Assembly (NCBI GenBank): GCA_951406725.2
Contig: OX597826.1
Location: forward strand, 78,616,001 to 78,680,000
DNA length: 64,000 bases
Source: Octopus vulgaris
Lineage: Eukaryota
Direction: 5' to 3'
Each line of letters starts with the position of its first letter. The stretch's first letter is position 1. Under the pieces are notes generated by a model. That model had not been told where the DNA came from, made no database searches, and was given only the letters and a program-made list of their open reading frames with translations. This document shows, one piece after another, positions 12,463 through 25,940 of the stretch. A program made the position numbers and the translations under genes.

Positions 12463-12680
12463 GGTGGCAACGTGAGCAGTTGTTAGGGGGTCGGAAGAAA
12501 TTTATTTTTAGGTAGCTCTTTAAGTTCTGAGTTTAAGCCCGGCCGATTTCAACATTCCGTTTCATTCTGTGAAGATCGATAAAAAAAGAAGTACCGGTCA
12601 TGTGCTGGGGTAGATATTAGCGACTATTCTCTTGTCCTGAAAACTTTTAGCCTTATCTCTAAATTAGAAACCATTCTTTG
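12463..12680 (+). mobile_element. SINE family B, old diverged copy
   Basis: GTTCTGAGTTTAAGCCCGGCCGA...TTTCATTCTGTGAAGATCGATAAAA..AAGTACC..CTGGGGTAGAT aligns by eye to family B. Confidence 0.6.
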
Positions 12681-12744
12681 GATCGAGATTTTCGCCGCGA
12701 AAAACATTCTTATCGAAATGTGAGTATCATTCAATGCTTATACT

Positions 12745-13127
12745 GGAGGCGCAATGGCCCAGTGGTTAGGGCAGCGGACTCGCGGTCATAGGATCGCGGT
12801 TTCGATTCCCAGACTGGGCGTTGTGAGTGTTTATTGAGCGAAAACACCTAAAGCTCCACGAGGCTCCGGCAGGGGATGGTGGTGATCCCTGCTGTACTCT
12901 TTCACCACAACTTTCTCTCACTCTTACTGCCTGTTTCTGTTGTACCTGTATTTCAAGGGGCCGGCCTTGTCACTCTCTGTGTCACGCTGAATATCCCCGA
13001 GAACTACGTTAAGGGTGCACGTGTCTGTGGAGTGCTCAGCCACTTACACGTTAATTTCACGAGCAGGCTGTTCCATTGATTCGGATCAACCGGAACCCTC
13101 GTCGTCGTAACCGACGGAGTGCTTCCA
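12745..13127 (+). mobile_element. tRNA-derived SINE, family C
   Basis: tRNA-like head GGAGGCGCAATGGCCCAGTGGTTAGGGCAGCGGACTCGCGGTCATAGGATCGCGGTTTCGATTCCC; near-identical inverted copy at 59982-60365. Confidence 0.9.
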
Positions 13128-14290
13128 TCCATACTATTGAAATATACGTGTTTGTCAACACTTGTCCGAGTAGAGTATTTTGTTTTCTTGTTTGTTTCGT
13201 TATTTCTTTTTCTCTTTCTTGAAACCACGTTTCTTGAAAAAAATAATAGATTAAAAAATTTTGAATGATTTTTTTTTCTTAAGCTCCCATACTTAATTCA
13301 TAAAAGAATGCTGATTTCTTTACCTTTTCTCTTCGGAGGGAAAAAGTTACAGAGATGAAGATGCACGAAGTAAATAATTGAATTTGTGAATAGGTTTTTT
13401 TGTTTTTGTTTTTCTTCAGAATTGCAATCTTCTATGTTTAAAATGTATAATTCAGAAACTGAGACTTTGAAAAAGTCTAAACCAAAAACGGGATTGTGAT
13501 CAGTAAGATAATCTCAAAGAGAGAAAAGACGGAACGTAAAAAATAAAGGAATTGAAATTATGTGACTTTTGGAGAGAATTAAAATACTCTTCTCTGTTGT
13601 TTAAAACATAGAAATCCGAAAATAAAATATCTCCGGTTATCTCCCCTTCTATATAATGTCTTCTGAAATGCAATATTTTAGGGGCGATCACTTCCTCTAT
13701 GGTTCATTGATCTTGGTCTCCTCAGCAGGTTTCGAACTCAGAAAGCAATAAAACGTAGCTAATTGTTCGATCTGCCAATTATTCTCCTCCCGGTTCTTGG
13801 TATACAGAATAATAAAAATATTATTATTATTATTATTAATGATATGCAACAGAGACAGCTAAATATGCTTTAAGCATGTAAATGTATTAGAAATGGTTAA
13901 TATACTTTCACACACAGTTTGACTTGTGTCAGAAGAATATTGATAAAGATCTTTCACATGTAGCCATTTCGTTATGCTAAGCAATGTCTCACTTGTGGCG
14001 AATGAATCCAAGGCTTATGTCCGTTTCAATCTGATAGGAAAGATGATACGGCCGTTCAGTCCACCTCCGGAAACACCGATAGATTACATCAGATCGAGGC
14101 TTATATTACTTTTTTTTTTAAGTTTCTATTCCATTTATCTTTCCGTATCAGCTTCCAAATCTTAATTTTCTCCTTCTCATGTTAAACACACAGCCACACA
14201 CACACACACACTACATACTTGTTATGTCATTACATAACACACAGACACACGTTCATACACCATGCAGTTCCGATATATTTCTCTTGACAA

Positions 14291-14512
14291 AGGCGGCGAC
14301 CTGGCAGAACCGTTAGCACGTCGGGCGTAATACTTAGCAGCGTTCCTTCCAGCGCTTTATCGCTCTGAGTTCAAATTACACCGAGATCAGATTTGCCTTT
14401 CAGCCTTTCGGGGTTGGTAAAATAAATACCAATCAGGTACTGGAGTTGATCTAAATCGACTTGCCCCCTCCTTCCGCTAAAATTACTGGCTTTGTGACCA
14501 GAATTAGAAAGA
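14291..14512 (+). mobile_element. SINE family B (tail type 1), diverged
   Basis: GGCGGCGACCTGGCAGAACCGTTAGCACG...CTGAGTTCAAATT...TTGCCTTTCAGCCTTTCGGGGT. Confidence 0.8.
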
Positions 14513-16227
14513 ATTTACTGAGTTCCAATGCTGCCGAGGTCGACTTTTCCTCTTTCGGGGATCGATCAAAAGGACATATCACTCTTGTCATAACAAGGGC
14601 CGTTTGGTAAGTCGAATCTCCAACCCTATTTCAAATTCCCTTCAGACTCTAGATTTACTCACATCCCTAACAATAAAAAGCATGAACGATACAGTGCACG
14701 CCATCTCTAAAGAAATCCTAAAACACTGACAATATAATCTTCCGGGTCACCATACAATAATTAGTGGCAGCTTGTAATTAAAATACATTTCTCACTATAG
14801 ACTGATAATCCTTGGATTACGACTAACAACCCACCCCACAAAAGCTTAATGGCCAAGAAGTTAAACTGAATAGTGAAAAGAAATCGCACATGAAAGATTA
14901 GCATATTTCTAAACGGCACCTTAGACGCAAATAAAATAATTGTCAGGAAGAACAGAGTCTTGAGTATCAGAAACGAGTATGCACCTAAAATGGCTGCCTG
15001 TTTTTAAATGAAAATAATTTACTGATATTACGGAGATGTACTTGCATAGCGAGTGACTTGATCTGAGATCGTGTGCTGGAACTAAAATAATTGCAGCATG
15101 GAAGGTGTTTATAAGCCATTTAAGAAACACACAAAATCCGTTAGATTCACTTCAACATTTAAATTAAAATTTGTCAAAATATTTTCGTCGCTTTGAGACC
15201 GCGACCTGTTCACTGCGAAAACTTCGTGCTGCAATTGTTAATTTACTGGTCTTGTTATCTGAATTTGACCCATCAATGTTTTGGATTGAGCGTTCCTTGC
15301 TGCTACTGTGAGGGAAGACAAAAATTATACAAAACTAAATGGGCTAACCCAAACATTATCCAATGCGCCCATTATTTAAGACAATATAGTGTGATTTAAG
15401 GAAGATTTGGCTGCTCTTTCTAGTAAGGCGAGAGGCAACATAAAAGCACGCTTCTTTATTCCCTGACAATGAAACTGGCTGCACTTAACGGTGTCGTTTG
15501 ATAATTTTCCACTTACATATTCTGTTCCGTCTCACCTACCGGGAGTCTCATGAAACGTCAACTGACTGTCGGTAACCAAGAGTGATTTAGTCTTGCAGCT
15601 CGTCAGCACTGTTAAATAGACACGCTTGATTGGTTAACTTCGAAGTGTGACTAATGTTTTCGTATGTTTCGACGGAAATACAACACAGAAGGCTTAACTG
15701 CAGCTACTAAACAGATGCAACTAAAGTGGTTTCTAATTGATTCTTAAAAACTAAACTTCAAGAACGAAAATGCATTGAAGAGGTGAACAATACACACACA
15801 CACACACACGTGTGTGTATGCATGCAAGTATGCGTGTGTATGTGTATGTGTGTTGCATCGCCCTCTTTGTGTATTACACTCGTAAAAATCTTCAATTTCC
15901 AAATTACATTTTTCATATATTTTACATTTACAAAATATATTTTAAAATATTCTAACTGAAAATTAGATTTTCTATCATCCACATAAAATCTATTAAAAGT
16001 GACATTTTACAATATGTCATATGTCAACGTTTTTACTTTTTCAACAGCTCAGATATTTTTACCATTCAATGAAAGCCGCATAGTTTTATATTACAGTTCT
16101 GAGAGCTTAGCTTATTCATGTTTCATTTATAGATTACAACATTCACCAGTGGAGGCCACAGCCGTCCCGCTGGTTGGGTGTATCCACGGAACAACCGCTT
16201 TTACGTTGTTGCTGCTTTTGTTATTGT

Positions 16228-16672
16228 CAGACATGGGTATGTGGGTGAGAAGCTTGCTTCTTCGCGACCATGGAGTCTTAGGTTCAGTCACACTGCGTGG
16301 CACCTTGGGTAGGTGTCTTCTACTGTAGTCCTGATACGACCAAAGATTTGTGATTGGATTTGGTAGGCGGAAACTGAAAGAAGCCCATTGTATATGTGTG
16401 TGTGTGTGAGTGTGTGTGTATGTATGTAAGTATTTATGTGTGTGTATGCATCTATGTGTTTGTTTGCGTTGTATGTGTCCTCATTACCGCTTGACAACCA
16501 GTGTTGCTTTGTTTACGTCCCTGTAACTTATCAGTTCAACAAAAGAGACTGTTCGAATAAGTACCAGATTTAAAAAATAATTACTCGAGTGGATTTGTTC
16601 AAGTAAACCCTTGAAGGTGGTGCTCCAGCATGGCCACAGTCCAAGACTGCAAAAAAAAAGATAAAAGATAGA
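16228..16672 (+). mobile_element. SINE family A, diverged
   Basis: GGTTCAGTCACACTGCGTGGCACCTTGGG...GGAAACTGAAAGAAGCCC...GGTGCTCCAGCATGGCCACAG. Confidence 0.85.
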
Positions 16673-17104
16673 GAGAAATATAAAGGCGAATAAGATGGAT
16701 GTGATTTGAGATGATGTCTGCTATTTCTCTCAGATTACTCCTCCACAACGCGACTCTCTGGCTCATTGGGCTGTAAATCTTCGAGTCTCAATGGAGAATT
16801 ACACTTGGCCCGGTTCCAAAATCTGTTCTTCTCAGGTCCTGGTTTCAAGAATATTCTAGTCAGCACGCTGCTAGCTAACGTATTTGTCTGCTTTCCAGTG
16901 TTTGCCGCCGCTTATATGTGCTGCCAGACATTTTCCAACCTATGGTGCCTATGTACAGCCAGAGGAACAGAGCTATTTGCGATCTTATGACCTCACCGCA
17001 AAACAATGCATTGCCAACGACCATATACGAACCGCCAATGTTTCGATTAGCTGTATATTACGTTACAAGCTCGATCAGCCTTTTTTCATATAAACGATTC
17101 TAAT

Positions 17105-17310
17105 TTTAGCACAAGGTCAGCAACTTGGTGTTAGGGAGAGGGTAAGCTGGTGAGATAGAACCCAGTTTTCAACTGGCATTATTTTTCGACCCCAAAAGCT
17201 GAAAGGCAAGGTCGAGCTGGGCCGAATTTGAACACAACGTAAAGAGCCGTTTTAAATGCCACTAATCATTTTGTCCGGCGCGCTAACGATTTTGCCAGCT
17301 CACCGCCTTC
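17105..17310 (-). mobile_element. SINE family B (tail type 1), diverged
   Basis: TCGACCCCAAAAGCTGAAAGGCAAGGTCGA...GAATTTGAAC...GCTAACGATTTTGCCAGCTCACCGCC. Confidence 0.8.
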
Positions 17311-17369
17311 CTCATCATATCAGCAGCACAAATATCTATTTAGTGATGAATATATGTACGTATATACAT

Positions 17370-17877
<508 letters not shown>

Positions 17878-18062
17878 ATATATGTACGTATATATGCATG
17901 TATATATGTTTGTATGTATGCATGTGTGTATGTATGTATGTATGTATGTATGTATGTATGTATGTATATATGTTTGTATGTATGTATGCATGTGTGTATG
18001 TATGTATGTATGTATGTATGTATGTATGTATGTATGTATGTATGTGTGTATGTGTGTAGAAT

Positions 18063-18484
18063 CAGCAGGGTATATAATAACACTTGCTAAAATCAGAGCC
18101 AATGCTCTATAACCATCATAAACTCACAATAAAGATACACACGGGCAATGCACTGAACATATTAGAAATAGTCTTACCTTTGCACTAAATACATCAATAT
18201 CAATTGATTTCACCCTCTGTCTGACCAACATACTCTGGGATCTTCAGCTGAAAATTACATTTTAACATCTATTTCTAAAATATTCACATTAGTTCGTGTG
18301 CGTTCCTTGCTTTAAACGTCCAGCTCCGGATAAAAGGAAACTATCGTGAACAAGAGTAAATTTAGCTTCAGTAGGGTATATAATACCACTTGCTATAATC
18401 AGAGTTGTGGTTCCAAAACCACCACAAACTCACAATAAAGATACACACGAGAAATGCAATGGACATAGAAATAGGCTTACCTTT
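18063..18484 (-). mobile_element. ~1.4 copies of a 306-bp tandem unit carrying a hammerhead motif (retrozyme/Penelope pLTR-like)
   Basis: Diverged direct repeat at 18063-18181 vs 18369-18484; hammerhead at 18194-18251 (minus). Confidence 0.6.
18194..18251 (-). ncRNA. Minimal type I hammerhead ribozyme motif
   Basis: UCAG-CUGAAGA-UCCC...GGGU-GAAA-UCAAUUGA-UA-UUGA: intact core, palindromic stem III (AUCAAUUGAU), 4-bp stem I and a weak stem II. Confidence 0.6.
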
Positions 18485-18514
18485 AATAACGGTAATAATA
18501 CATCTTTATTTTAT

Positions 18515-18589
<75 letters not shown>

Positions 18590-18861
18590 GTAGGAGAGAC
18601 AGACGGACAGAGAGAGAAACAACTTCTTTTAAATCTCTGAGCGAGAGAAATACAGTAACAGTACCGGATAGTAATGTTTAGATGACAGTCCTATAAAGGA
18701 TGATGTTACTGTTGATTTAGCCCCAGGAAAACATTTTTTTCCAACCGGCTATCGACACACAGTTTGTGTCCGTATAGCATCGCTCCCATCTCTAGACTTA
18801 CGTGATACTCACAGACCTTGGTTTCTGGATGTTGTCCGTCCTCAGTGTGAGACAACCACAA

Positions 18862-19107
18862 GCTAGTGACGGAAGCTCTCTCCACTTGGCCTCTTTGAAA
18901 GTCAGATAGATCTGTCATTTTAATGAATTTTAATTACCTTTTACTGATTATATCTGAAAATAAACAGCAATTTTAGCAAAACATATTAAGCAACACTAAT
19001 AATAAATCAAAAACATGAAAATAAACAAGCTTTTGACAGTTTTATAGATATTTGAAAATTTATACTGCTATGATGCTAGGTGTTTCCATTATTTTGTCCA
19101 ACCCCTG
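18862..19107 (-). mobile_element. Tc1-type DNA transposon 5' end
   Basis: TIR TA|CAGGGGTTGGACAAAATAATGGAAACACC, followed by transposase start MTDLSDFQRGQ...ASVT. Confidence 0.8.
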
Positions 19108-19121
19108 TATATATGTATATG

Positions 19122-19186
<65 letters not shown>

Positions 19187-19392
19187 AGAGATAATGGTGT
19201 CATTGAGACCCAAAGGTGTCAGGTAATGCTGAATAAGTGCTATAGACAAACTATAGTTAGGTTCCAGATTCGTTAATTTTGCTAATAAAGGGTTCAACGT
19301 TGGTTCTATGTTAGCGTGTGTATATAAGAATCTTTTGCGTAATAAGATAAAAACCAAGGCTGTGTAGATATTAGAGCATTTATAGATAGAAG

Positions 19393-19444
19393 GTCTTACA
19401 GCTGTTTCTAGAATATTTATTAATTATATCCCTTCATCGGAGAC
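19393..19444 (-). ncRNA. Minimal hammerhead motif (U4>C) in a Penelope-like inverted repeat
   Basis: GUCU-CCGAUGA-AGGGAUAU...AUAUUCUA-GAAA-CAGCUG-UA-AGAC; adjacent 29-bp inverted repeat at 19440-19468/19492-19520. Confidence 0.65.
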
Positions 19445-20729
19445 GGTGTGAGAGGAGGGTTAAGTCATTTTGTATCACATCTAAACTAACTATGACTTAA
19501 CCATCCTCTCACACCGTCTCAGATACATACATACATACATACATACATACATACATACATACATACATACATACATACATACATACATACATACATACAT
19601 ACATGCATACTTTATATACACAAATATTTTCATCTAACGAAATTTATTGAGAAATATGGCAATGAGTCTTGTTTAGCAATTCCAGCAGACAAAGAGGTGA
19701 ATGCTTTGTCCCGGGGAGAGGAAAAGACGATTCTCTGAAAGAGACATTCCTACGAATGGCAAACTCTATCCTGATCAAACCGAGAAAGGACTTCATTTGG
19801 AGCGTAGCAGGAAACCAGACGTTTCCACCACTATATGCTCGAAAAAAAAAAGAAAAGGCTACCGAAGAAGAAGAAGAACGATGTTGTTAGCTTGTCCTGC
19901 GCCGCCTTTTGGGCGTTGAAGCTCGATTCTGAAGCCGATTCCACTAAAATGCCGTTGGGGAAAATATCACTGTCACTTACTGCATTGACAATTTGGGGGT
20001 TGACAGTGCATTGAGAAATTAGTAGCCGTTTGGGTGACCGTTTTAGGGACGTTTACTGAAGATCCGATGCAACAAAACCGAACTACTCGTATTTGTGGTC
20101 ACTCAAATCAGTGACCACTCAGATCCCAAGGGTCCATTTCTCAAAGCTACAACCACTTCCAGCATTTGGGAATTTATACGACACCATAACATTCTTATAC
20201 TCCAGCTTGACCGTCAACAACAATTTATCATTCGATTAAAAATCAACTCTCTTTGCCAGTCTTACTGTAAAACAACTCTATATGAGCAAACACTCACACA
20301 CACTCACACACACACACACACACATACACGTGCTTCCCATTAATCCATACACTCACACAGATAGTACCACCTATCTACCACACCTCCTACACACCAATCA
20401 CTAATACCATGGCTTACGCCACCGCCACACATACGCATTCACACATAACTTTGTTCACATAATGAACAAATTTTTCACTCTCACCTGTACATGTTTAAAC
20501 ACACTTCATATATATTTCGTTTCATGTACGTCACCAAACAATCATCCCACACACACAAACAAGCAAACACACACACATACATACACACACAAACAAATAC
20601 GCAAACAAACACAAACACATACCCTCCACGGCAACTTGTAGATATACCGCATACTCATATTTTACCTTTACTCAATCATAGCCACACATTCACGCTCATC
20701 CTTGCTCACTCACTTCACAATCTATTCGC

Positions 20730-20730
<1 letters not shown>

Positions 20731-20795
<65 letters not shown>

Positions 20796-20806
20796 ACACT
20801 CACACA

Positions 20807-20871
<65 letters not shown>

Positions 20872-20872
20872 A

Positions 20873-20937
<65 letters not shown>

Positions 20938-20950
20938 TCACACACACACA

Positions 20951-21027
<77 letters not shown>
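20731..21027. repeat. ~300-bp (CA)n microsatellite
   Basis: Direct reading; one of dozens of simple-repeat tracts. Confidence 0.98.
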
Positions 21028-21029
<2 letters not shown>

Positions 21030-21523
21030 TCATACTTCGTTTCGCTACAGCACCTCGCATGCTCACTTACATTACTTCCCTTGCATTTCACTCTTCTTCG
21101 CAAAAAAAACAACTTTTCACCCACTCCATTACTTCAAATTTGCTATTCAATCATTCCATACATCATAATAAACACCGTTTTTATATTCTCCATATATTTT
21201 CCTTTCATTAGTCTTTCCTTTCTTTCTCTTCTCTTTTTCTTGCATCACAGCATCAAATACATTCACTTTGTATTTTATATCCACCGGTGTGTGCTTTTGT
21301 TTTTTGTTCCTATTGCATGCTACTCGATTTCTTCCTGGTTATCAATTATTTACGGCATCACATTGATGCAGACTTAACCTAAATTATCTTTGGGGTTTTT
21401 TTCTAATGATTAGCAACAGTTGGATATCGTGGATTTTAATAAATTTATAAACTCTGCTATATGTACTCTGTACTTTCTCTCGTCTTCAAGTGCAAACGCT
21501 CACCTATATGTATATATATACAT

Positions 21524-21644
<121 letters not shown>

Positions 21645-21962
21645 TATATATAGTGTTCTGTTACCACCTTTCATTTTCTCTCTCTCTTTCTCTGTATATA
21701 GAGATAGAGAGATGAGTGTGTTACAAAGAGGAGAAAATGGGAAAGGTCACACCTATGTATCCATATATACATACGAAATAGCGGACTTCGTCTAACATTT
21801 TATATTCATTATTCATGATTCCATTTACAACTCATTTCTTAATTTCAAAAGCAGAATCTTCGTCTTAGAGGAAGTTAATAACATTTCAGTTATATGACGA
21901 TAGCTGCAGGCCTTTTACAAAATGCCTTATATTTACACACCTTGAAAAGTGTATTTTTGGAG

Positions 21963-22023
<61 letters not shown>

Positions 22024-22584
22024 GCTTTTTAAACTAATATCAGTCTCTTGAGACGCAACGCTTCACGCACTGATATCTTTCAAACCCTGCTACTTCTCCA
22101 ACGTCCGCTTGCTGCTTCTTTCTGATCTATTAAACTAACACTATTGCATTCACCTAATCCACATTTACACACTCATGTTTATTTATGCTTTACATCCGAT
22201 CCAGGTTTCCTACAAAATTCCCTGTCCATTCTAACCTAATCCAATCCAACTCTACCCTTGTTTCCCAAAACTTCCACCGTTTGGAACGCCCTTCCAATAT
22301 ATATATATTTATATATACACGATGGGTTTCTTTAAGGTTCCGTATACCAAACCCAATCACAACCCCGAATAACTGATTCACTTGTCAGAATCATTAGACA
22401 GTAGCCAGCATGATAAAATAGGAGTTTTATTTCGTGCCCCTAACGTTACCTTAAACGGATTTAGAAGATATATATAATTTAAATAAAGGTAAAAATTGTT
22501 AGATTAATATCAATTTAAACCAGTGGCCTAGCATACTGAAAAACTCTGAAGATTCAGAAAATTATATTACATACATATAAGAAG

Positions 22585-22823
22585 AATGACCATTAGGTGG
22601 AGTCCTAATATGACGGTCACACTGAGGATTTGCAAACATTTACGTAATGTAAATGGTAACAATGAAACCATGGTGACTAATCATTATATTTTGTATTTTT
22701 TTCATTTGTCTTGCACGCTTTACGTTATGGAGTTTTCCGAATTTTCTTGAAAACAATTTTTCTTAGTGGTCAGACCTTCTGGGGTCTACATTTAGCATAT
22801 TAGGAATCCACCTAGTGGTCATT
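22585..22823. mobile_element. Penelope-like inverted-repeat element with a decayed hammerhead
   Basis: 28-bp inverted repeat at 22585-22612/22796-22823 (2 mismatches); GTCACA-CTGAGGA...GAAAC-CATG-GTGAC at 22616-22677. Confidence 0.55.
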
Positions 22824-22827
22824 TTTT

Positions 22828-22857
<30 letters not shown>

Positions 22858-22863
<6 letters not shown>

Positions 22864-24138
22864 CATCCGATAAGTTCTGTCTGAATTTTGAATAAAGAAA
22901 ACAAGTGATCAGATGTTATATTTAATTGAAATTTAATCATCAATGTACTTTCTCTGATTATCTATGACTTCCTTCCATCTATTTACAAGCTTTTTAATCC
23001 CATCAATGTAAAAGTCTTCTGCTTTCAAAGCGAAAAACTCTGAAATGTCAGTTTCGACCTTCTGGCTTGCGAAAGTTATGTCCCCCAAGTGATTCTGTAA
23101 ACTACGAAACAAATGGTAGTCTGAAGGAGCAAGGTCGGGAGAATAAGGCGGATGAAGAATTTTTTCCAACCAAGCTCTTCGATCTTCTGTGATCTGATCT
23201 TTACAGTATGGGGTCGCGCATTGCCCTGATGAAACATCACTCCTTTTTGATTCACTAAAGCGGATCTTTTTTCTTTAAAGCTTGGTTCAAACGCTCTAAT
23301 TGCTGACAGTAGACTTGAGCATTGATTGTTGCATTAGGTGGTAACAATTCAAAGTGAATTACTCCTATGCAATCCCACCAGATAGAGAGAAGAACCTTTT
23401 TCCCATGAAGTTCCCTTCTCGGTTGTGGTTGAGCTTTTTCCCTTTTACCAAACCACTGTTTACAACGTTTAACATTTCGATAGAAGATCCATTTTTCGTC
23501 ACCAGTCACAAGTCTGTTTAAAAAGAGTGAAATGAGTTCGTGAGAATTGAGAGAAGAGCAGATGTCAACTCGGGATTTGCGGTTGCTTTCGGACAATTCA
23601 TGAGGCACCCATTTTCCAAGTTTAGGAACCTTTCCAAGTTCTTCAAGATGACGATGAACAGTTGTATGTTTTGAACTAAGCTTTATTGCCAATTCTTCAA
23701 CTGATAATGCAGGATTTTCTTCAGGTAATGCCTCAAGGAGCTTATCATCAAATTCAACTGGACATCCTGTTCGATCTTCATCTTCAAGGCTGAAATCTCC
23801 ACTTATGAATTTTTTGCAAACAATCTTCTGCAAGTTCTTTCATTCAAGCATTCTTTCCCATAAACTGAGTGTATGTCTCGAGTCGCTTCGGCTGCAGAGT
23901 TTCCTTTTCTGTACTCATAAAGCATTATGTGCCTCAAATGCTCTTTGGACACTTCCATGTTAGAAAGGGTTTTAATCAAAGAAATTTTAATTCTATTATT
24001 CTGTAAAGTAATATTTAATTAGTTTAAATGTACACAAATGCATAAAAATAATGTTTGATTCCATTAGACATTCTAAAATACTATTAAATTACATTCACTT
24101 TTATAAATGGTAAAATCGGACAGAACATATGGAATGAC

Positions 24139-24142
<4 letters not shown>
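22858..24142 (-). mobile_element. Full-length (~1.29 kb) mariner DD34D transposon, mellifera-subfamily-like, inactive
   Basis: TIRs (T(C/A)AGGTCAT..ATA/GTTCTGTC(C/T)GA) at both ends inside (TA)n; transposase motifs WVPHEL, TGDEKW and YSPDLAPSDY. Confidence 0.95.
22933..23958 (-). pseudogene. Mariner transposase, frameshifted
   Basis: ATG at 23958 (MEVSKEHLRHIMLYEYRKGNSAAEATRDIHSVYG), continued in ORFs 23255-23833 and 22933-23169; the second catalytic Asp reads HQGNA. Confidence 0.92.
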
Positions 24143-24211
<69 letters not shown>

Positions 24212-24977
24212 CACAGCTAGTAAAATACTTTTTGTTGTTATTTCTTTCCCAAGTGTTTAGTGTTGCTATTCGAACTGAAATGAAAGAGTTCAATTTTAAA
24301 TAAACTTCTGTGGAAAATATGGCCATGACGAGTGTGCCATGGAGAAGCTTGGTGGAGGAATTTGCATTCTATTCAGAATATGGCTGCATATTTCACATGC
24401 TGTTCGTCTGGAACTACTTGTTATGAGGTTATATAACTAATATAATTTCCTTGAGTAATGGAAATATATCGTTAGTTACATAAGGTAGACTATCAAATGC
24501 TGTAAAATGTATAAGCTGTAAAGGTCATGCTGTGAAATGTAGGCGGGATAAAGATAATTTTGTAATATTTCACTCCTATATTTTACATTATTACATTTTT
24601 ACATCCTACTTTTCACAATATTATATTTTCACCAAATGTATTTGATACTGCATTACACAGCATACATTCCATATTATGTTTTCACCTCATCATTTTAATA
24701 ATATTAAATTTCAACATACCTTTTACAATACCATATTATATATATGAAACCTAATATATTTTATTATCATACTCATCTCATACATTTTACAACATTACAT
24801 TTCTGCTTCTTACGTTTTTACATTCATATTGCTTTTCTGTCACAAGTATTTCATACTATTAACACTCTGTATCATATATTTTACCAAATTACCAGTATCG
24901 GCAAAGACAATTAATAAGAGCTGTTCAATAAGGCCGAACCAGAATTTTCTTGATTGTGAAGCGAATTTTTCAACACA

Positions 24978-25410
24978 GTCATAGGAGTGGCTGTGTGGTA
25001 AGTAGCTTGCTTACCAACCACATGGTTCCGGGTTCAGTCCCACTGCGTGGCATCTTGGGCAAGTGTCTTCTGCTGTAGCCCCGAGTCGACCAATGCCTTG
25101 TGAGTGGATTTGGTAGACGGAAACTGAAAGAAGCCTGTCGTATATATGTATAAATATATATATATGTGTGTGTGTGTGAGAGTGTGCGTTTGTGTGTGTG
25201 TGTGTTTGTCCCCCTAGCATTGCTTGACAACCGATGCTGGTGTGTTTACGTCCCCGTCACTTGGCGGTTCGGCAAAAGAGACCGATAGAATAAGTACTGG
25301 GCTTACAAAGAATAAGTCTCAGGGTCGATTTGCTCGACTAAAGGCGGTGCTCCAGCATGGCCGCAGTCAAATGACTGAAACAAGTAAAAGAGTAAAAGAG
25401 AGTAAAGAGT
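24978..25410 (+). mobile_element. SINE family A
   Basis: Near-identical to the 4817 and 39618 copies. Confidence 0.92.
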
Positions 25411-25675
25411 AATATGTTTTAATTCATTATTAATTTTACCACTAATTATTTACCTGGGTTTTCAGACCTTTTCCCTTCTACATAAGCTATTTTTGATTTA
25501 AGGTTTTCTTCGATTTTTATAATAATATGATTTTAAACCGCAATTTGTAATTTCATGCAACCGGTTATTGAAAAGACCGTTACTTGAAAGGACCAATGAA
25601 ACAAAACCATTTTCAAATGTGTATCAAAGTAATTGTATTTCTGCATATAACTCTATCTTGCTCTCCATTCTAAAC

Positions 25676-25721
25676 AAAACTGTCCGACGAGCGACAACGT
25701 GAAACTCTGACTAACGGTTTT
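25676..25721 (+). ncRNA. Minimal hammerhead motif, mutated
   Basis: AAAACUGU-CCGACGA-GCG acaa CGU-GAAA-CUCUGAC-UA-ACGGUUUU: 8-bp stem I, core U4>C and a stem III mismatch. Confidence 0.6.
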
Positions 25722-25762
25722 TTTTTGTTATATTTTGCTACTTTTTAATAAAATATATACAT

Positions 25763-25806
<44 letters not shown>

Positions 25807-25940
25807 CAAGCATGTATGTATAGATATATATATATCAAACATATATATATATATACTTGATAGAAAAAATATACATTATTTATATTACATACTTATATGG
25901 ATAGATAGATAGATAGATAGATAGATAAGATTTTTATCAG

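Noticed and set aside
12745-12820. tRNA gene (also the heads at ~17800, ~29820, ~60290 and ~63520)
   Set aside because: A and B boxes are present, but there is no acceptor stem closure and each continues into a multicopy SINE body.
19669-19919. Short basic ORFs (RKRRFSERD..., KKKRKGYRRRRR) as an exon
   Set aside because: No recognisable domain, the basic runs come from A/GAA tracts, and there is no convincing splice-site pair.
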